Positions 25,531 through 39,553 of a stretch of DNA of 64,000 nt are shown here, in pieces. The stretch is from Felis catus. Taxonomy: Eukaryota. Numbering within the stretch: the stretch's first letter is position 1; each line of letters opens with the position of its first letter. Made by a program: the position numbers and the translations under genes. Location: assembly GCF_018350175.1 (NCBI RefSeq), contig NC_058368.1:179926001-179990000 (forward strand), given 5' to 3'. The notes under the pieces are model-generated. The model was not told the DNA's origin. It saw nothing but the letters and a program-made list of their open reading frames with translations, and searched no databases.

Positions 25531-26344
25531 CAGGGCTGCCAACACTTGGAAAGAATTTAATGAAAATCAAAACCAATTAAACACATCCCACTTCCAGACA
25601 GGTTTTGTTTCCTCTTTGTGGAGTTTCAAAGATCCATACATTTTGCTGGAGAAATCTGGATTTCCAGCTTCTTTAGAAAAATCAGATGTGTTAATATTGG
25701 ACGCTGAGTCCTGCATGGCAAACAGTAGACTGAAGCTTCCCTCTTCGAAACAGTGTGCTCTCCTGTCCCCTGCAGGCCTGCTTCCCCGGTCTTGCAGGCT
25801 TCTGATGAATCTCATGGTTGTTTACGGCCATCTCTAAGGAAGAGTCACCGATCCACCTCTTCCCTTAGCAGGATCCCCAGTCTCCAGGGGTTGGCAGTTT
25901 GTGCTTTGCTCCTTACGTATGCTACTTCTGCTCCCTGAGCCTTCATTTCCTTTTCAGTAAAAATGAATATAATAAACCCTTAACCAAGCCATACATTTTC
26001 TCGTAAAAGTTAAATGAGAAGACAAGTGGAAAGGCCCGAAGGTAGAGCTTGGCACAGAGTAGATCCTCAGTAAATATTAGTATTCTGCACCCCATTTCCC
26101 CACGTTCTTCTTCTTCACCTTCACTGATGCCAGGAGAGATAATCCCACAGCTGGCCTATTGGCATGAAGGGTTGGAGGAGATGGAGGGGTTTGGGGACTT
26201 GGTTGGTTGTCTTGGGCATTCTCTCTGTTCCTGAATCTTGAAGACAAGCCCTTCAGTAGGGGATTGTAAGCTCACATACCAGGAGTATGTTGATGGACAC
26301 AGCCTGAGCATTATTGAAGAAGTAACCGGAAGTCGTAGGCACTA

Positions 26345-26560
26345 TGGCTAACTGGAGAGTGAGTGCTCCAGCACATGCATATAGGCCCACCTTTAACAAT
26401 TTTTTTTTTCATTTTCCTAAAAGAAGCAAGAAATTTAGACTTCTGTGTAAAATCATCTGATTTCGAGATGCTGGCATCTAATGCAAAATCCTTTTAAATA
26501 TTGAATGTCCACACTGTGCAGGCTAAATAACACCACCTGTGGGTCAGATTCAACCTCAGA
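26345..26560. mobile_element. hAT-Charlie (MER102/MER117-like) fragment
   Basis: aaagaagcaagaaatttagacttctgtgtaaaatcatctgattt...ctggcatctaat. Confidence 0.5.
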
Positions 26561-28344
26561 TATCTGGCGGCTCCCACTCCCTGAGGAGAGAGCCTGCTAC
26601 AGGAGTGGAGTGAATGGAAGGTTCTGGTGGTTTGTCCCAAAGCCCCATGTGTCAATAATTTGATCCTTGCTAATGTGTTGGCAGGCCACAGTGCCATAAT
26701 TCCTTAAGCCAGTTAAAGTCCACCAGTTTCCAAAGGCCCTGAGAGAGTGACTCTGATAGTGGCAGTCAGTATGGCTAGAGAGGGATAAATTTGAGAACAG
26801 TAGTCCTGTAACCACATCACACAGATCACTGCTAATCATTCTGAGCAGGGCACTGTCCCTGGACTTGAACTTTCCTTCTGACCACAACCCATAGTGTTTT
26901 CAGGCCGAATGCCCTGCCAGGAATTGGGTTTTGCTGCATCAGAGTATGGCACTGGCCCATTCCTGAAGTGAGTGACTTTGCCATGCTTCTTTCAAAGTCA
27001 CACCCCAGTGGTCATCTTCACTGAAGCATCCCAAAGCTTCCAAACCTCGAGGGACTGACACATTCTTTAGCTTGACTCTGGGTTATTTATTTGGATAGAC
27101 TGTTTACTCAATACATGCAGACCCATCTGTGTGCCTCCACCGGCACCAGCATCATCTCAACGCTGTCATTGATCTCCTGTCCTCTCAGAGCCCATGAGTC
27201 CTGTAGCCCCCCTCCTTCCCCTCTCCCTAGCCAACCCCCATAATTTCTCTCTGTTTGTTTTTTAAAATCATAATTGTAAAGTAATCATTGCCTTGCTTCA
27301 TTATGGCCATGTGTAATGTCTCCCAAATGTGACATGATGACCCCCTGCTTCCAGATCTGGACCTCATTAAGAATTCAGATTCCTGAGCCCTGTTAATGAC
27401 TAAATGCATCTTTATTTCCGGTCAAGTCCCTAGAATCTGCATTTTAGCCCACTCAGGGCTGATTCTATAAGGTTTAAGAACCATGGCATGCTGGATAAGG
27501 ACTTGGCAGTGACATGAGAGAAATCTGGGTCTGAGTCCCAGCCTTCCCCACTGATCTTAAGCAAGTTGCTAATTTCTCCGAGCCTTTTTTTTTTTTTCCA
27601 TGGAGACTAAAGGCAGTGCCTGTAGAAACCACACATAGTGAGCACTTCAAATGTGAGTTATTATCTCATGGAATTGTTGTAACAGCCCAGCGAGGTAGGT
27701 GGGATTATTCCTCTTTTCAAGATGAAATTTACACTCAGCAAGGTTCAGCAGTATGCAGAAATCACACAGCAGAGCTGAAATTTGAACCTAAATCAATCTG
27801 ACTCAAACAACTAACTGTTCTTAAAACAATAGTATGAAATCAGCCCAGAATTAAAATAAGAACTAGGGGCCTGGAGCATAAAGGGTGGGGGACCCAGCCT
27901 TGCTTGGGAGATGTCTGTGAGAGGCACTGGTTGTGGCTCCCATTGACTCCTTTGTGTCTAATGCCCTGGCCTTTGTTGCTCTTAATTTGTCAACCCCTTG
28001 GAATGTTGTCAGTGGAGGAGGTGCCCTGTCCCGACAATGTATTGGAGAACTGGGAGGGCCTCATCAGGATCCAACCCAGAGAACAAAGCCTCCTTTCAGT
28101 TACTTTGAGGCCTTTGTCTCCCCAAAACAGTGTAGAGTGGAGGACCTCTGGTTTTCTTTGGAGCCTTTCTGGGCTTCTCCCTGTGAGTGCCATACAAGCT
28201 GGGGGATGAGTCTGGCCAGTTTTCAGTTTATGCTGACTACACTGCACCAGTAAACTGTGACCCCGGCGGCTGGGCCGTGAGAGGTTTGCCATCTGCCTGA
28301 GGCCGATATAATGCACACATCTTGTAGGGAGAAGGAAAAGGGCA

Positions 28345-28347
<3 letters not shown>

Positions 28348-28380
<33 letters not shown>
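28348..28380. repeat. A33 homopolymer
   Basis: Counted directly. Confidence 0.95.
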
Positions 28381-28381
<1 letters not shown>

Positions 28382-28744
28382 GATGTCAAAACTCATCATG
28401 CTTCCTCAAACTTGGTTACTCCATGAAGATGATTTTTTACCTATGGTGGGTGGTGGGCAGGTGAAACCCACTACTATTGCTGTTAGGAAAGAAAAAACAG
28501 CTTGAGATAAGGAATTAAGCTAGTAAAGAATCTAGTTAATATATCATTAAGACTTCTTGTAAAATTAGGTTACCAAACCATATGTTCTCTTTTTTTTAAG
28601 AAGTGTAATGAAAGGTACATTTAGAAATATGAATACAGTTTTATGTATGTGCATGTTCACATGAGAAGTAAAGTCTGAATGATATAAACCAAGATGCCAA
28701 CAATGGTTATCTGTAAACGGTAGGCATTTAGGTGTTGTTAAATT

Positions 28745-29470
28745 TTTAGTCAATTTTATCGAGGTATAATTTACTACATTAAAATGCATTCATTTTAGCT
28801 ATACAGTTCAATGCATTTTGACAAGGATATAGTCCTGTAACCATCCCCCAAAATGTGCTTTGTATCTGTATACAGGCAGCTCCCACTCCCCCTTACCCAC
28901 ACGTCGACCCTGGCAGACACCAACCTGCTTTCAGCTACTAACATTGAGGAGCTGAACGTTCACATAACTGGTCTCATACAGTGTGTTGCCTTGTGTAACT
29001 AGCTTCTCCCACTTAGTATAATATTTTGAAATTCATCTTACGTTGTATTGTCTATTGGCAATCTGTTCTTTTTTTAAAATGTTTTTTTTTAACGTTTATT
29101 TATTTTTGAGACAGAGAGAGACAGAGCATGAACAGGGGAGGGTCAGAGAGAGAGGGAGACACAGAATCTGAAACAGGCTCCAGGCTCTGAGCAGTCAGCA
29201 CAGAGCCCAACATGGGGCTTGAACTCACGGACCGCGAGATTGTGACCTGAGCCGAAGTCGGACGCTTAACCGACTGAGCCACCCAGGCGCCCCCAATCTG
29301 TTCTTTTTGATTGCTGAATAGTACTCCGTGGTGCAGATAGACTACAATATGTTTATCCATTCTCCTCTTGATGGGCATTTAGGTTGTTTCCAAGTTTTGA
29401 TTATTATGGATAAAGTTGCTATGACCTTACACTTACATTTTCATTTCTCTTGGGTAAATACCTAAGAGGG
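28745..29470 (-). mobile_element. Old L1 (L1M) fragment interrupted by a SINE
   Basis: gaggtataatttactacattaaaatgcattcattttagctatacagttcaatg...gttgtttccaagttttgattattatggataaagttgctatga...cttgggtaaataccta. Confidence 0.8.
29074..29293 (-). mobile_element. Young felid SINEC_Fc
   Basis: Close to consensus, CpGs retained (gccgaagtcggacgcttaaccgactgagccacccaggcgcccc); perfect 15-bp TSD caatctgttcttttt at 29059-29073 and 29294-29308. Confidence 0.96.
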
Positions 29471-29744
29471 AGTTTGTTTTATTTTTTTTTTTTACCTTAT
29501 CTATTTACCAATATTTCTACAGTGAACATACATTACTTAACAGCAATCAGAAGAAATACCAGAGTAGTATATACACCATATCCTGTTGTTTTATAAAGGT
29601 GACATAAATTGGAAAAGCAAACCTTAGTATATTTAGGCCATGGCTGTCTTGATTCCAGGGTGGTACATCCAACTGCTCCCTATGAGATTTAGATGTGATT
29701 AGAGAGATTCTTGAGTGCTTGCTAAGAATTCATGGGGCACTGAA

Positions 29745-30360
29745 CTGGCAAGGATGTTGAGCAATATTTTACACTGACAGAGGGAGTGTCACCAGTATAA
29801 CCCCCTTAACGAGCAATCTGGCAGCCGCTATCAAACGTGAAAATATGCATACCTCTCAATCTATCCTTTTAACTCTGATGAATTTGCTTTAAACATAAAC
29901 TTACACAAGTCCCCAAATGATGTATAGGTAGGCGTCATTTGCAACGAAGATGTCTTGGAAGCCACCTAAAAGCCCATCAGTAGGCCACTAGTTAAATGAA
30001 TCATGGTATGTCATTCACTGGACTATTACAGAGTAGTTACAAGCAATGAGATTGATCTTTGTATATTATACAGAACAGCGTCCAAAGCTGACAAATGAGA
30101 AAACAAGATGCAGGAAGGTCAGTACGGTTTTTGTCATTTGTGCTTTTAAAACCGTATGCTTGTATTTGTTCTCATATGCTCTTCTATATGTGAGGTATTT
30201 GTGGACACATTTATGGGAAACTCTAATAGTTGCTGCCGGGGAAGCTAAGTTCCAGAACAGGAGGGTTAGGGCAGGAAGGGTATTACATTTCACTCTAGAC
30301 TTTTTGATGCCCTTTGACCTTTTCTTCATAATGTGAATATATTTACATATTTAAAAAATT
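29745..30360 (+). mobile_element. Old L1 (L1ME-like) fragment
   Basis: gagcaatctggcag...ttggaagccacctaaaagcccatcagtagg...gttaaatgaatcatggta...aatgagaaaacaagatgcag. Confidence 0.65.
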
Positions 30361-32407
30361 GTGGGTTAAATCCATCTGATCTCAGCCCAAAGAATGGGAG
30401 CTCTCCCATTTCACTTGATTCCGTGGTATGACATAGATAATAGAGAGTGCTTTTCTGAGCAAGAACTCACAAGACTATGAGCCAGCCATGCCCCATGCCA
30501 CCTGTCTCTGTCAGTTGACCCCCCGTAACTGGAAACTATGATCATTACCATTTGCATAAGTACAACCACATTGACCCACAGTTCTGGCTGCCAGTTTTGA
30601 ATGAGGGGAATTATTTGTATTCCATAGGCATCTCTGATTGTGGCCTTGACCAGCCCTGAGATATCTTTCAACAACGAATCACCAGCAGCCAACCCCATGA
30701 CCTTTGGAAAATGAATTTGCCCGCCGTTGGGCCGGCCCCAGTTCTCTTGCCCAAGTAAAATGTCAATTAGATCACTGGCTGAATATCGCTTTTGTCTAGT
30801 TAAGCATATTCAGCTCACAAACCTGCAAATGTTTGCTTGATTCCTTCTAAAAAAAGATTCCACACCCAAGTTCGAAGTGTGCTTCTGGCTCTGTGTGGTC
30901 ACTGAAAGGAACCAATGTATTGATTCATTGGGAAGATACAAATATTGAGTCATTATTCAATTGTCAGGCAAACCAAATGGTATGGTGTTGTGAACAGCCT
31001 GCATTTAATTTGGGTTTGTGAACACTCTGGTCTCATGGCATGGGGGTCTTATGTACAGCGTTTTTCTCCTCCTTCACTCCCAGCCTGCACTGCTATCTAA
31101 ACCACATGAATAAAGAAGATAAAACCCAACTTAGATGATCTTTAGGAGTTATAGACAAGAAAGAAATGAATGGGGAAGAGGAGAGGGCTGAGCAAGGGAG
31201 ATTCACCCCAGAACCATAGAGTAAGAAGACACTGCCAGGCAGTAAAACCTTAATTAACTGTGACCAGTTTCTGGAGTCTTCTGCCCTAGACTCCAGCACA
31301 TTTCACTGGGGTTGAAACACAAGGGGTTTTCCTGAAATTTCCTTAAGCAGAATATCCCTGCCCACATTCCCTTTTATCTGCCTTTTACTGCCCATGCCTT
31401 ATTTCAAATAGCCCAGGGGATTCCTTTGGTCCCGAGTCAGCCTTAGGCCTGTTTTTCAGCTACAGGGAAAATATACAGACCACAAAGCCAAGATTCTGAA
31501 CTCGAACTCTACTTTAGAAATGGTCCCATTGTGTCCTCCAGAGAGAAGGCCAGTCTCCGCTAGTTACATCTCTCATCCATAGCCCATTAAGTGATGTTCT
31601 CACTGTCAATAACCAGCTGCTACTGTTTAAAAGGGCTCATCTCTGCCCTGTACACAAAAATCCCAAGGGCCCCAAGCTAAGGACTTCTGCTTTGAATTTT
31701 GAGGGGCTTCCTTACTGTGTGTCTCAGAGGTTAAATGGTTGAGTCAAGCCTTTCCGGGTCCTCTTCACGTGTCTTGGGCCATTTTAGAATGAGCACTGGC
31801 ACTCAACTTTCTTTTGGCTCCGCTCTGAAATTCCTTCATAGCATTTGCACCTTCCTAGCAATTAAGATGGCCCATGTGCAGTTGGGGGAACCTGCTGTCA
31901 ACCAGTATAATTGAGTTGTGAATGTGCAAATTTTCTCTGCTGGATTGTTCATCACAGAAGACGAGCCTTCTCAGTAGACTATTAATCCAAATGCCTTTTC
32001 TGGAATCAGCTCCTTAATGCAATTAGATTTCCTAAAATGAATTCCTTTCTTTGCCCATTTTACCACTGAGACAAGTATGAGCTGTGCTTTTATAAAAAGT
32101 GGTTTGGCTAGCACGCAATTCCTCTACTGCAGCCAGCCTCTCTGCCTGTTGAATTGAGGACCTGAAATTCAAGTGGCTCTACTTAGACTCCTAGACTTAG
32201 CCAAGCTAGAAAGGACTTGAAAACGCAGTCTGCACGTCTCCTTTTTTAGGAGGTGACGATTTAACTTGTCCAGAACCATTCAGACAATGAGGAGGAATTG
32301 TGACCAAAACCTGGGTCCCTTTGACCTCTGCCTGGGTCTTGGTTTGTAAAGGTGGGTGAGTGATAACACAGGGAGGTTCAGTGCCACTGGGAAAATAGTT
32401 CATTTTC

Positions 32408-32920
32408 TGTTACTCAGAGCCATCCTAGAAATGAGAGGCTCACCATGCAGGGAGAGCCACATAGGGAAGCACCAGAATCAGGAGGCAGAAGCAGGAGCAG
32501 AGGGGAAGCAGAGGCCTGAGCCTCGATTGAGGTTTGCTTGGGAAAGGCAAGTCAAGACAGGGTAAACACCTTAGTATGCCTAGTTCGAATCATTCCAGTG
32601 TGCCTTGGGATATGGGGGCTGTCCCTAGTGGTCTGCTGCCTGGGTGATTAAGACAAGGGGATATTGGCCTGGTATGTGAGAGAGAGAAAGAGACAGAGAC
32701 AGAGAAAGGCAGCTGTTGCAGGGATGGACTCAGGATCAGGTGGTTTGTGTATGAAAAACAGGCTCCCCGACAAGTTGTTTACTACCTTCAGGAATTAACT
32801 AGCTCTGGGAGAGGCTGTCTCTCCTCAGTCAGCAAGATTCCCTCCCCCCCCCCCAGATGTCAAACAATCATAAAATGCAAAAAAAAAAAAAAAAAAAAAA
32901 AAAAAACTATGATGGATATA
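32408..32920 (-). mobile_element. ERVL solo LTR (MER74-like) containing an expanded A28 run (32879-32906)
   Basis: tgttactca...gggaagcaccag...ggggctgtccctagt...gggtgatta...ggtttgtgtatgaaa...agatgtcaaa matches the reverse complement of MER74 as recalled. Confidence 0.8.
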
Positions 32921-35900
32921 CCTCTAAGTCCCTGGGACTCCAATCCTTTTTAGTCCCCCACCTCCTCATCATACTTGAAGCCCTGGACTTGAAAGGGCCT
33001 TGGATTGAAAGGATCAAGCATCCCTGGATTCTAGGGGCCTTCAGACTTGACAATACAATTTGATCATCATTCACTGTCTTATTTTTTTCATTCGTGTATC
33101 TTATATCACTCTTCTCGTCCCAAGTAGTGTGACCTAAGGAATGTGTGATCAAGCCCTGGCTATTCTGAAAGTTATCTTAGGATTTAAAACAATTATTTCT
33201 CTCTGATCCTGTCTGTCCTTTTCTTTAAAAATGATGGACTTGGACTGGATGGTATCTAAGATTGCTTCCAGTACGAAATTCTATGATTCTATGGTTGTCC
33301 TCACCCAGAGAGCTGGAATCTCCTTCGGCAGGGTGGAGGGCCGGTCATAGTAGGTGATATTGTTAATGACCTAGAAGCAAACAGTGATGCTCTGAAGTTA
33401 GGGGGATGGAACAGTAGGCAGGTAGATGTTGCCCGAGAAATAATGTTACGGTTTGCTATCAAGGTGCAGAAAATAACTCGAAGGAAGAGAGCTCATTAGG
33501 ACTGAAAGTCTTGGCGATCCCATTCCCTTTCTCCCCCACCTCCTCCTGCCCCCACTCCCGAATAAAACAAAAAGGTCATCTTCTCCTACACACACACACA
33601 GATTCTTTTCTGAAATATGTGGGATGCATAAAATAGCAAATGCCGTCAGATCTCAAGTTGGGCAAATACAGAGACAGCATTTTCAGTCTCATTGAAAAGT
33701 AGTTGTCAGAAATATGCCATTCATTCAGAGTCTCTAAGTGCTCTGTCAAGCTTTAACTTGATTAAAATTGAAAACCACATTGCTTGAAAACCAAACGCAA
33801 AATCGAAATCTCTTTACTCAGTGCTCTTAGATTCTGAAGCCTGGGCTTATGGATTATCCTCAGTTAATTTATGCCATCTTTGTGCCATACATTAATTTTG
33901 AATATATTTGTTGAAAATTTCCTGTAGCTTGCATTTATGGTTGTCAAAGGGGCTTTTATCTTGAAAAAAATGGTGCTGGTTTTAATTACAATTCTAAATA
34001 GCTTCATAACCATCGTGAACCCTGGATTTACATCATCTTTATGACAGCCACGCAATTCCCGCTTTATTGATTTTGTCATTTGCTTCATTACAGTTAATGC
34101 AAACCTTTTGTACAGACACAATTCTGGTGCTGCGCTCTTCTTGGAGGGGTTCGCATAGAACATCATGACCGAAGGAGACCCCATCCCTCCACCCCTGCTT
34201 CCACTGCAGTGCTGACCAAAGGAAAAATCAGGACGGGAAATAGTTCCAAAGTGGCTATCCATCACAGACAAAGGAAACGTTAGCTCTGATTATCCAACCC
34301 TTTCCTCTGATCCGATGGGTTCTGACTTTTCTGTTTTGAAGTCCTGTGAGATGACATCGCTCACTGTGGAAGGACTGTTGGGTTCACCCCACCCCAAGCC
34401 ACACGTGCCCTCTGTTCAGAGAAGACCTGTAGCAGCGGTGACCGCCTTCCACATTTCACACACGACACTGCTGCACCCAGTCCAGCCAGGGGCAAAGGGG
34501 CCGAAGCGTATTGGGATATAAATGTGTTGTGTCCTATGCTGAGCTTAGTCCCAGGGTGTGAGTACCCAAAGAGTGAGTGTGGAACCTAGGTTGGAAAATT
34601 GAAACCTTGGCTGGTGAATTTGAAAAGGAATTTTTTAAGGGGGAAAAAAAAATAGAATGAGAGAGCTCAGGGAAATATAAAAAGACACAAGCTTATCCAT
34701 TTGTATCCATTAGGCACAAGCTTCAGAAAGCCAACAGCAGCTGAGGGAACAAAGAAAGGTCCTGGGCACCCCATAAGTAAGGGAGTTTCTTTGCGGCAAT
34801 TTGTGGACAAAGGCCAGGACACTATCTAGGTGGAGTTGGGACAGTTGAGAAAACAGCACTTTTGACCTAGGAATGAGCATTTTCCCTTTCAGGTCCAGCT
34901 TCAAAGGACCCTGCTTTTCCCAAAGCAAGGGTTGTAAGAGAACTGGCCTTTAGGCGGGATATAAAATAGGGTGAAGTTACCAGAAAGAGCAATGTGAGTC
35001 CAAAGATCATTTCAGGAGGGGAGAGGGGTCCCATTTCTAATGTGCTTTAGGGGCAAATCCAGGAAGGTCCTAAACGGCTTGTCTGCCCTGGGACCTCCCA
35101 GGGACTTATCAGTGAATCACTCAACTGGAGGGTGTCACCAGGATGGCCTTGTCCTCTTCTGCCTTCACACGCTGTGTTCCCACTTCTACACTTTCACTTT
35201 GCCAGTCCCCAATTTCATGGGGGGACTCTAGCCTTAGCTTTCTGAGGTCACTCAGAAAAATTAGTGAAAGCTTTTCAAAAGTTGCCTCTGGGACTAACAG
35301 GATGGGGAAAGATGCCGTTTCTGACCAGGAAGAGGAGACGTTTCACAGAGATGAGGTAGAAGGAGCCACAGCAGCCTGATTCCTTATTTCTAACCCCATA
35401 AACATGCAAAAGCTTGAGAGAGCAGGTCTTTTTCTAACTAAGAAATGCTACGTGAATCTCAGCCCGTTAGTTAGGCACTGTTGTGGCCTTCTGAGCTCAG
35501 TGGGTTTCCCGGGGAGCATTTTGGCAGACGTTAATACCACTTTTTGTTCATTCTTGTATTTTTTTTTCCTAACCTGTTCAGACCTCCAGGGCCCCCGTCC
35601 TAACTGCTCCAGGCAGAGGAAACTCATATTTGCATTCTCAACATGCTGCATTAAAAATAAAATCAACTCCTCAGATAGTACCTGTAACAACAAAATGAGA
35701 AAATTCTCATGTGAGGACTTCAGGGGCTGGATTAAAATTCTGCAGCCCTGAATATCAGCTCTGGAGGGGTGCACAGAAATCATCTATTTCACAGCTTTGT
35801 TTTACTGATAGGGAAATTTTAGCCCAGAGAAGTTAGGCCACGACCCAGCAAGGTCAAAGATCTTTGTCATTTGATTCCCAAGCAACCTTTATTTTTTCCC

Positions 35901-37070
35901 ACTCAACCATACCATCTTAGATAAAACTGTACTGCTGGCAAATGAGTAAAAGAAAATCATTCTTTTTCCTTTTTCCCCCAGCACGGTACTTCTTATCCTC
36001 AGTTCTGAAGCCTAAGCCACACTCTCATTTCCCTTTCCTGGAATCAGGGGAGGAATTAGAAGCTGATTTCAGGTTTGACATGACCAAGTGGCAGCAACCA
36101 CAGTGGAAAACCAGAAACCTTCAATCCTGACGTGGAAGCTTGTTGATAGAACTGGGCCTCACCATGCACCCGGGTGGGAACTGTTTCAGTGGGGTCCCTC
36201 TGGCTTCTAGCCCTTTCTGTCCTCTGTTTTTCTGGCCTCTTCCTTCCATTGCAGCTTGTTTGGTTTCATTCAGCTCCCCGAGACCATGTGGCTGCTCCAG
36301 AGTCCAAGTTAGAGAGGGAAGAGTAGGGAAAATGAAGAAGACTCCCTATTTCTACCCAGCCTTCATCCTCCTCTCTTTCCCCAGGAGCCTTGCCCATGGG
36401 GCTCCCAGAGGCTCCAGCAGAGAAGAACTTCTGGTCAGAAACACTTCTCTTTCTGCGCCAAGGAGAAGATCATGGCCTCCTTGCTAGCCTTCTTAGGGGC
36501 ACTAAAGAACCAATCTGAGGAATGGGAAGAAGGAAACTCAATGCAGCCTACTGAGTTATCTGTGCTGGGTACCAGTGGAGAAGAGGGTGCAGTGGTGTGG
36601 ACAATACAAACTAGTGGCTAATCCCACAACATTTTACATTTGACTTGGGAATTGAGCAAATGATCTCTCCCCCTTGCATCGAGTTTACCATCCTCATTCT
36701 CTTTGCTTAAACTGTTGTCTTGTTGTTGTTTTTATTTTTTTGTTTTGTTTTGCTGAGTGCAAAGTGACAGGTAGTGTCCCCAAAGCCAGCTAAGAGAGTT
36801 TTTAAATTTGCTATAAATAACCCCCAGAAGTAGGTGGATTAAGTCTCCCCATGTTTCTTTCCTTCCTTCTCTTTGTTCTTCAGATGCCAAGATCCTTCTT
36901 TCCACGTGAGGTGGAATTGTGTTTGCCTCCTGATGGTACCTAGTATAAGCTCTGGCCCTGGGCTTCCTTGCCTCTGTGATGATGTCGCAGGAAAATTATC
37001 CTCACAGTGTGATGCTCTCTTAAAGCTCCTCCCTGCCACAGGAAGAGCAAGCCCCTCTTTGGTGGGGGGT

Positions 37071-37760
37071 GCAATTCACATAACAGAATTCAGCATTTTA
37101 AAGTATACACGATTCAGTGGCATTTAGTACATTCACAATGTTGTGCAGCCATCATTTTTATCTAAACCATTTTCATCCTCCCAAAAGGAAAACCCATACC
37201 CATTAAGCAGTTACTCCCCACACCCCTCTTATCCCCAATTCCTGCCACATACCAATCTGTTTTTCTGTTTCTGTAGATTACCTGTTCTGATTATTTCACA
37301 TAGAGTCACATAATATGTGTGCATTTATGTCTGGCCCTTTCGCTTAGTATACTGTTTTCATACTTCCTCCATGTGTACTGCAGCATGCATCAGGGTCCCA
37401 TTCTTTTTTTTTATGACTGAATAATATTCCATTGTATGGATATGTCACAATTTGCTTACCTGTTCATCTTCTGATGAACATTTGGGTTGTTTCTGCCTTT
37501 TGGTTATTGCAAACTGCACTTCTATGAACATTTTTATACAAGTTTTTGCTTGAACAAGTTTTTAGTTCTTTGGGGCACACACCTAGGAGTAGAATTGCTG
37601 GGCCATCAGATAACTCTATGATTAACTTTGGAGGAACTACCAAACTGTTCCAGGCTGCACCATTTTACATTCCCACTATCACCGTGAAAGCCTCCCTGTT
37701 TCAACACATCACTTTCTAGCTTTTTGATTCTAGCCATCCTAGTGGGTATAAAGTGGTAGC
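37071..37760 (-). mobile_element. L1 (L1MB-like) 3' fragment
   Basis: aattcacataac...ttcagtggcatttagtacattcacaatgttgtgc...cctaggagtagaattgctgg...ccattttacattcccac. Confidence 0.88.
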
Positions 37761-39447
37761 TTGTTGTAACACCCCCAGGGTTGTGTACCACGTACTTCCT
37801 GTGTGCCAGGCACTATGGGGCAGGTGCAGCTGTGAGCAAGACAGACCTTGCCCTGCTCTCCCATTGCCAGTGAGTCCAGGCACTCATTATGCATTAAAAG
37901 TAATGGTAATGAAAAAAGAAGCCAGCCTTTTCCTAGAGTATTTCAGTTTGGTGCATTAGCTGGATTGAATGTGGTTATCAGCACTGCCCATGTTGCTGAG
38001 TTTTGATGCCCCCTTTTTCAGCAGTTAATTACAGGGACCTTGATGTCCCATTACAGTGAGCTTACAAGACATATTTTAATTGGCTTCTGCTGCCACAAAG
38101 ACACCTTTGAATGACACCTCACTAATGGCCACTGACCCTGCACATCCCAGTACATGACCTGGTTAGTACTGCTCAGTTGTTTCAGGTTGTACAACTTTAG
38201 AAGACAAGCCTGTGTCACCACTGGGGAAGGCCATGTCCAGGAAAGATTGATTAAAATCTGTGCAATTTGCCAGTTGCCTGGAGCAAAGAGAGCCATTTCC
38301 TTGAATGTGCCTCAACCTTGCTCAAGAAAGCACTAAGCTGTCCCATCATGGTCAGAGGCCACCTCCCAGGTCCCAATAGGCAGCTTGAAATTATAGCATC
38401 TCCTTAAGCTGTAGGTGCCTGCCCGTTATCCTCAGCAACTGGAACCCAAATCAGTCTGCTTCCCCCAGTTAAATGGCGTGGGACTTCCAGGGAATCTAAT
38501 TGAGAGACACACAGGGGACAGTGAGGGGAAACCATTGAATTACTGCCCTTACATACCATCTTCTGGGTAAGAATGCTTGCAGGCCAATGAAAGTAACTGG
38601 ATTCCAGTGACATATGCCAAGACCAAACCTTCACTCTTCTCACTAGCCTCTTCCCAACTGAATATAAATGAGTTAAGTCCACATGGTCCTAATACATGCC
38701 CCCTACCTTTGCACTTTGGAAGGCAAAGAGAAGGATGGCAATGGAGGGTAAGCCCTGAGTCCCCTGGATCAGGAAGACAGGTTTGACTCTGACTCTCTGA
38801 TGTATTAGCTGAGTTACCTTGAAGATGCTATATAACCTCTCTGAACTTTGGTTTCCTCGTGTGTTTACAATTAGCCCTACTACTGTGAAATAAGTGCTTT
38901 AATGGAAGGATGACCAAAGTGTCAGGAGGTTTGGAGAGAGTTCACTTCGCTGAGTTTGCACAGAAAGGTTTCCCAGAGGATGTAGCCTCTGAGGAGGGCC
39001 TTGATGGATGAGAAGGGATTCCCCAAACAGAAGAGGCAGGAAGGACCAGCACGATGAGGCATGGAACCATGCAAGCACTTGGTACACTTGCATATTGCCT
39101 GCAGAGTGGGTGGAGTGGTGCCATGCTGAGGAGGTCTGAGCTGTGTACAGAGAAACAGCACCACCTGTATTATTATCATTATGAGCATGGGCAGACCTGG
39201 GTTCAAGGCCAAGCTAAGACTGAACTCTCAATGTCTCACTTGCTTTTTCTGTAAAACATGGATCATGATGTTTTGAGACCCAGCAGAGATAAGACATTGA
39301 AGATGCCCAGCTCAGTAAATGGTGACTAGGTGCTATGTGCAGTTATGATTGTGCTTGTGTTATTGTTATAACTTGTAGGCCATGAGGAGTCATTAAAGGC
39401 TCATGTCCAGATGAAAGAGTGTCAAGATTAAGAAATTATACATCACT

Positions 39448-39553
39448 GGGTACCTGGCTGGCTCAGTCAGTGGAGCATTGACTCTTGATCTCAAGGTTAT
39501 GAGTTTGAGCCCCGTGTTGTGTAGAGAATGCTTAAAAATAAAATCTTAAAAAA
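39448..39553 (+). mobile_element. Short, older CAN-SINE
   Basis: gggtacctggctggctcagtcagtggagcattgactcttgatctcaagg...cttaaaaataaaatcttaaaaaaa; degenerate TSD aaattata. Confidence 0.85.

Noticed and set aside
39348..39362. ttgtgcttg, matching the 5' end of mature miR-218
   Set aside because: Only 9 nt match, with no atctaaccatgt continuation or hairpin; miR-218-2 is expected further downstream.
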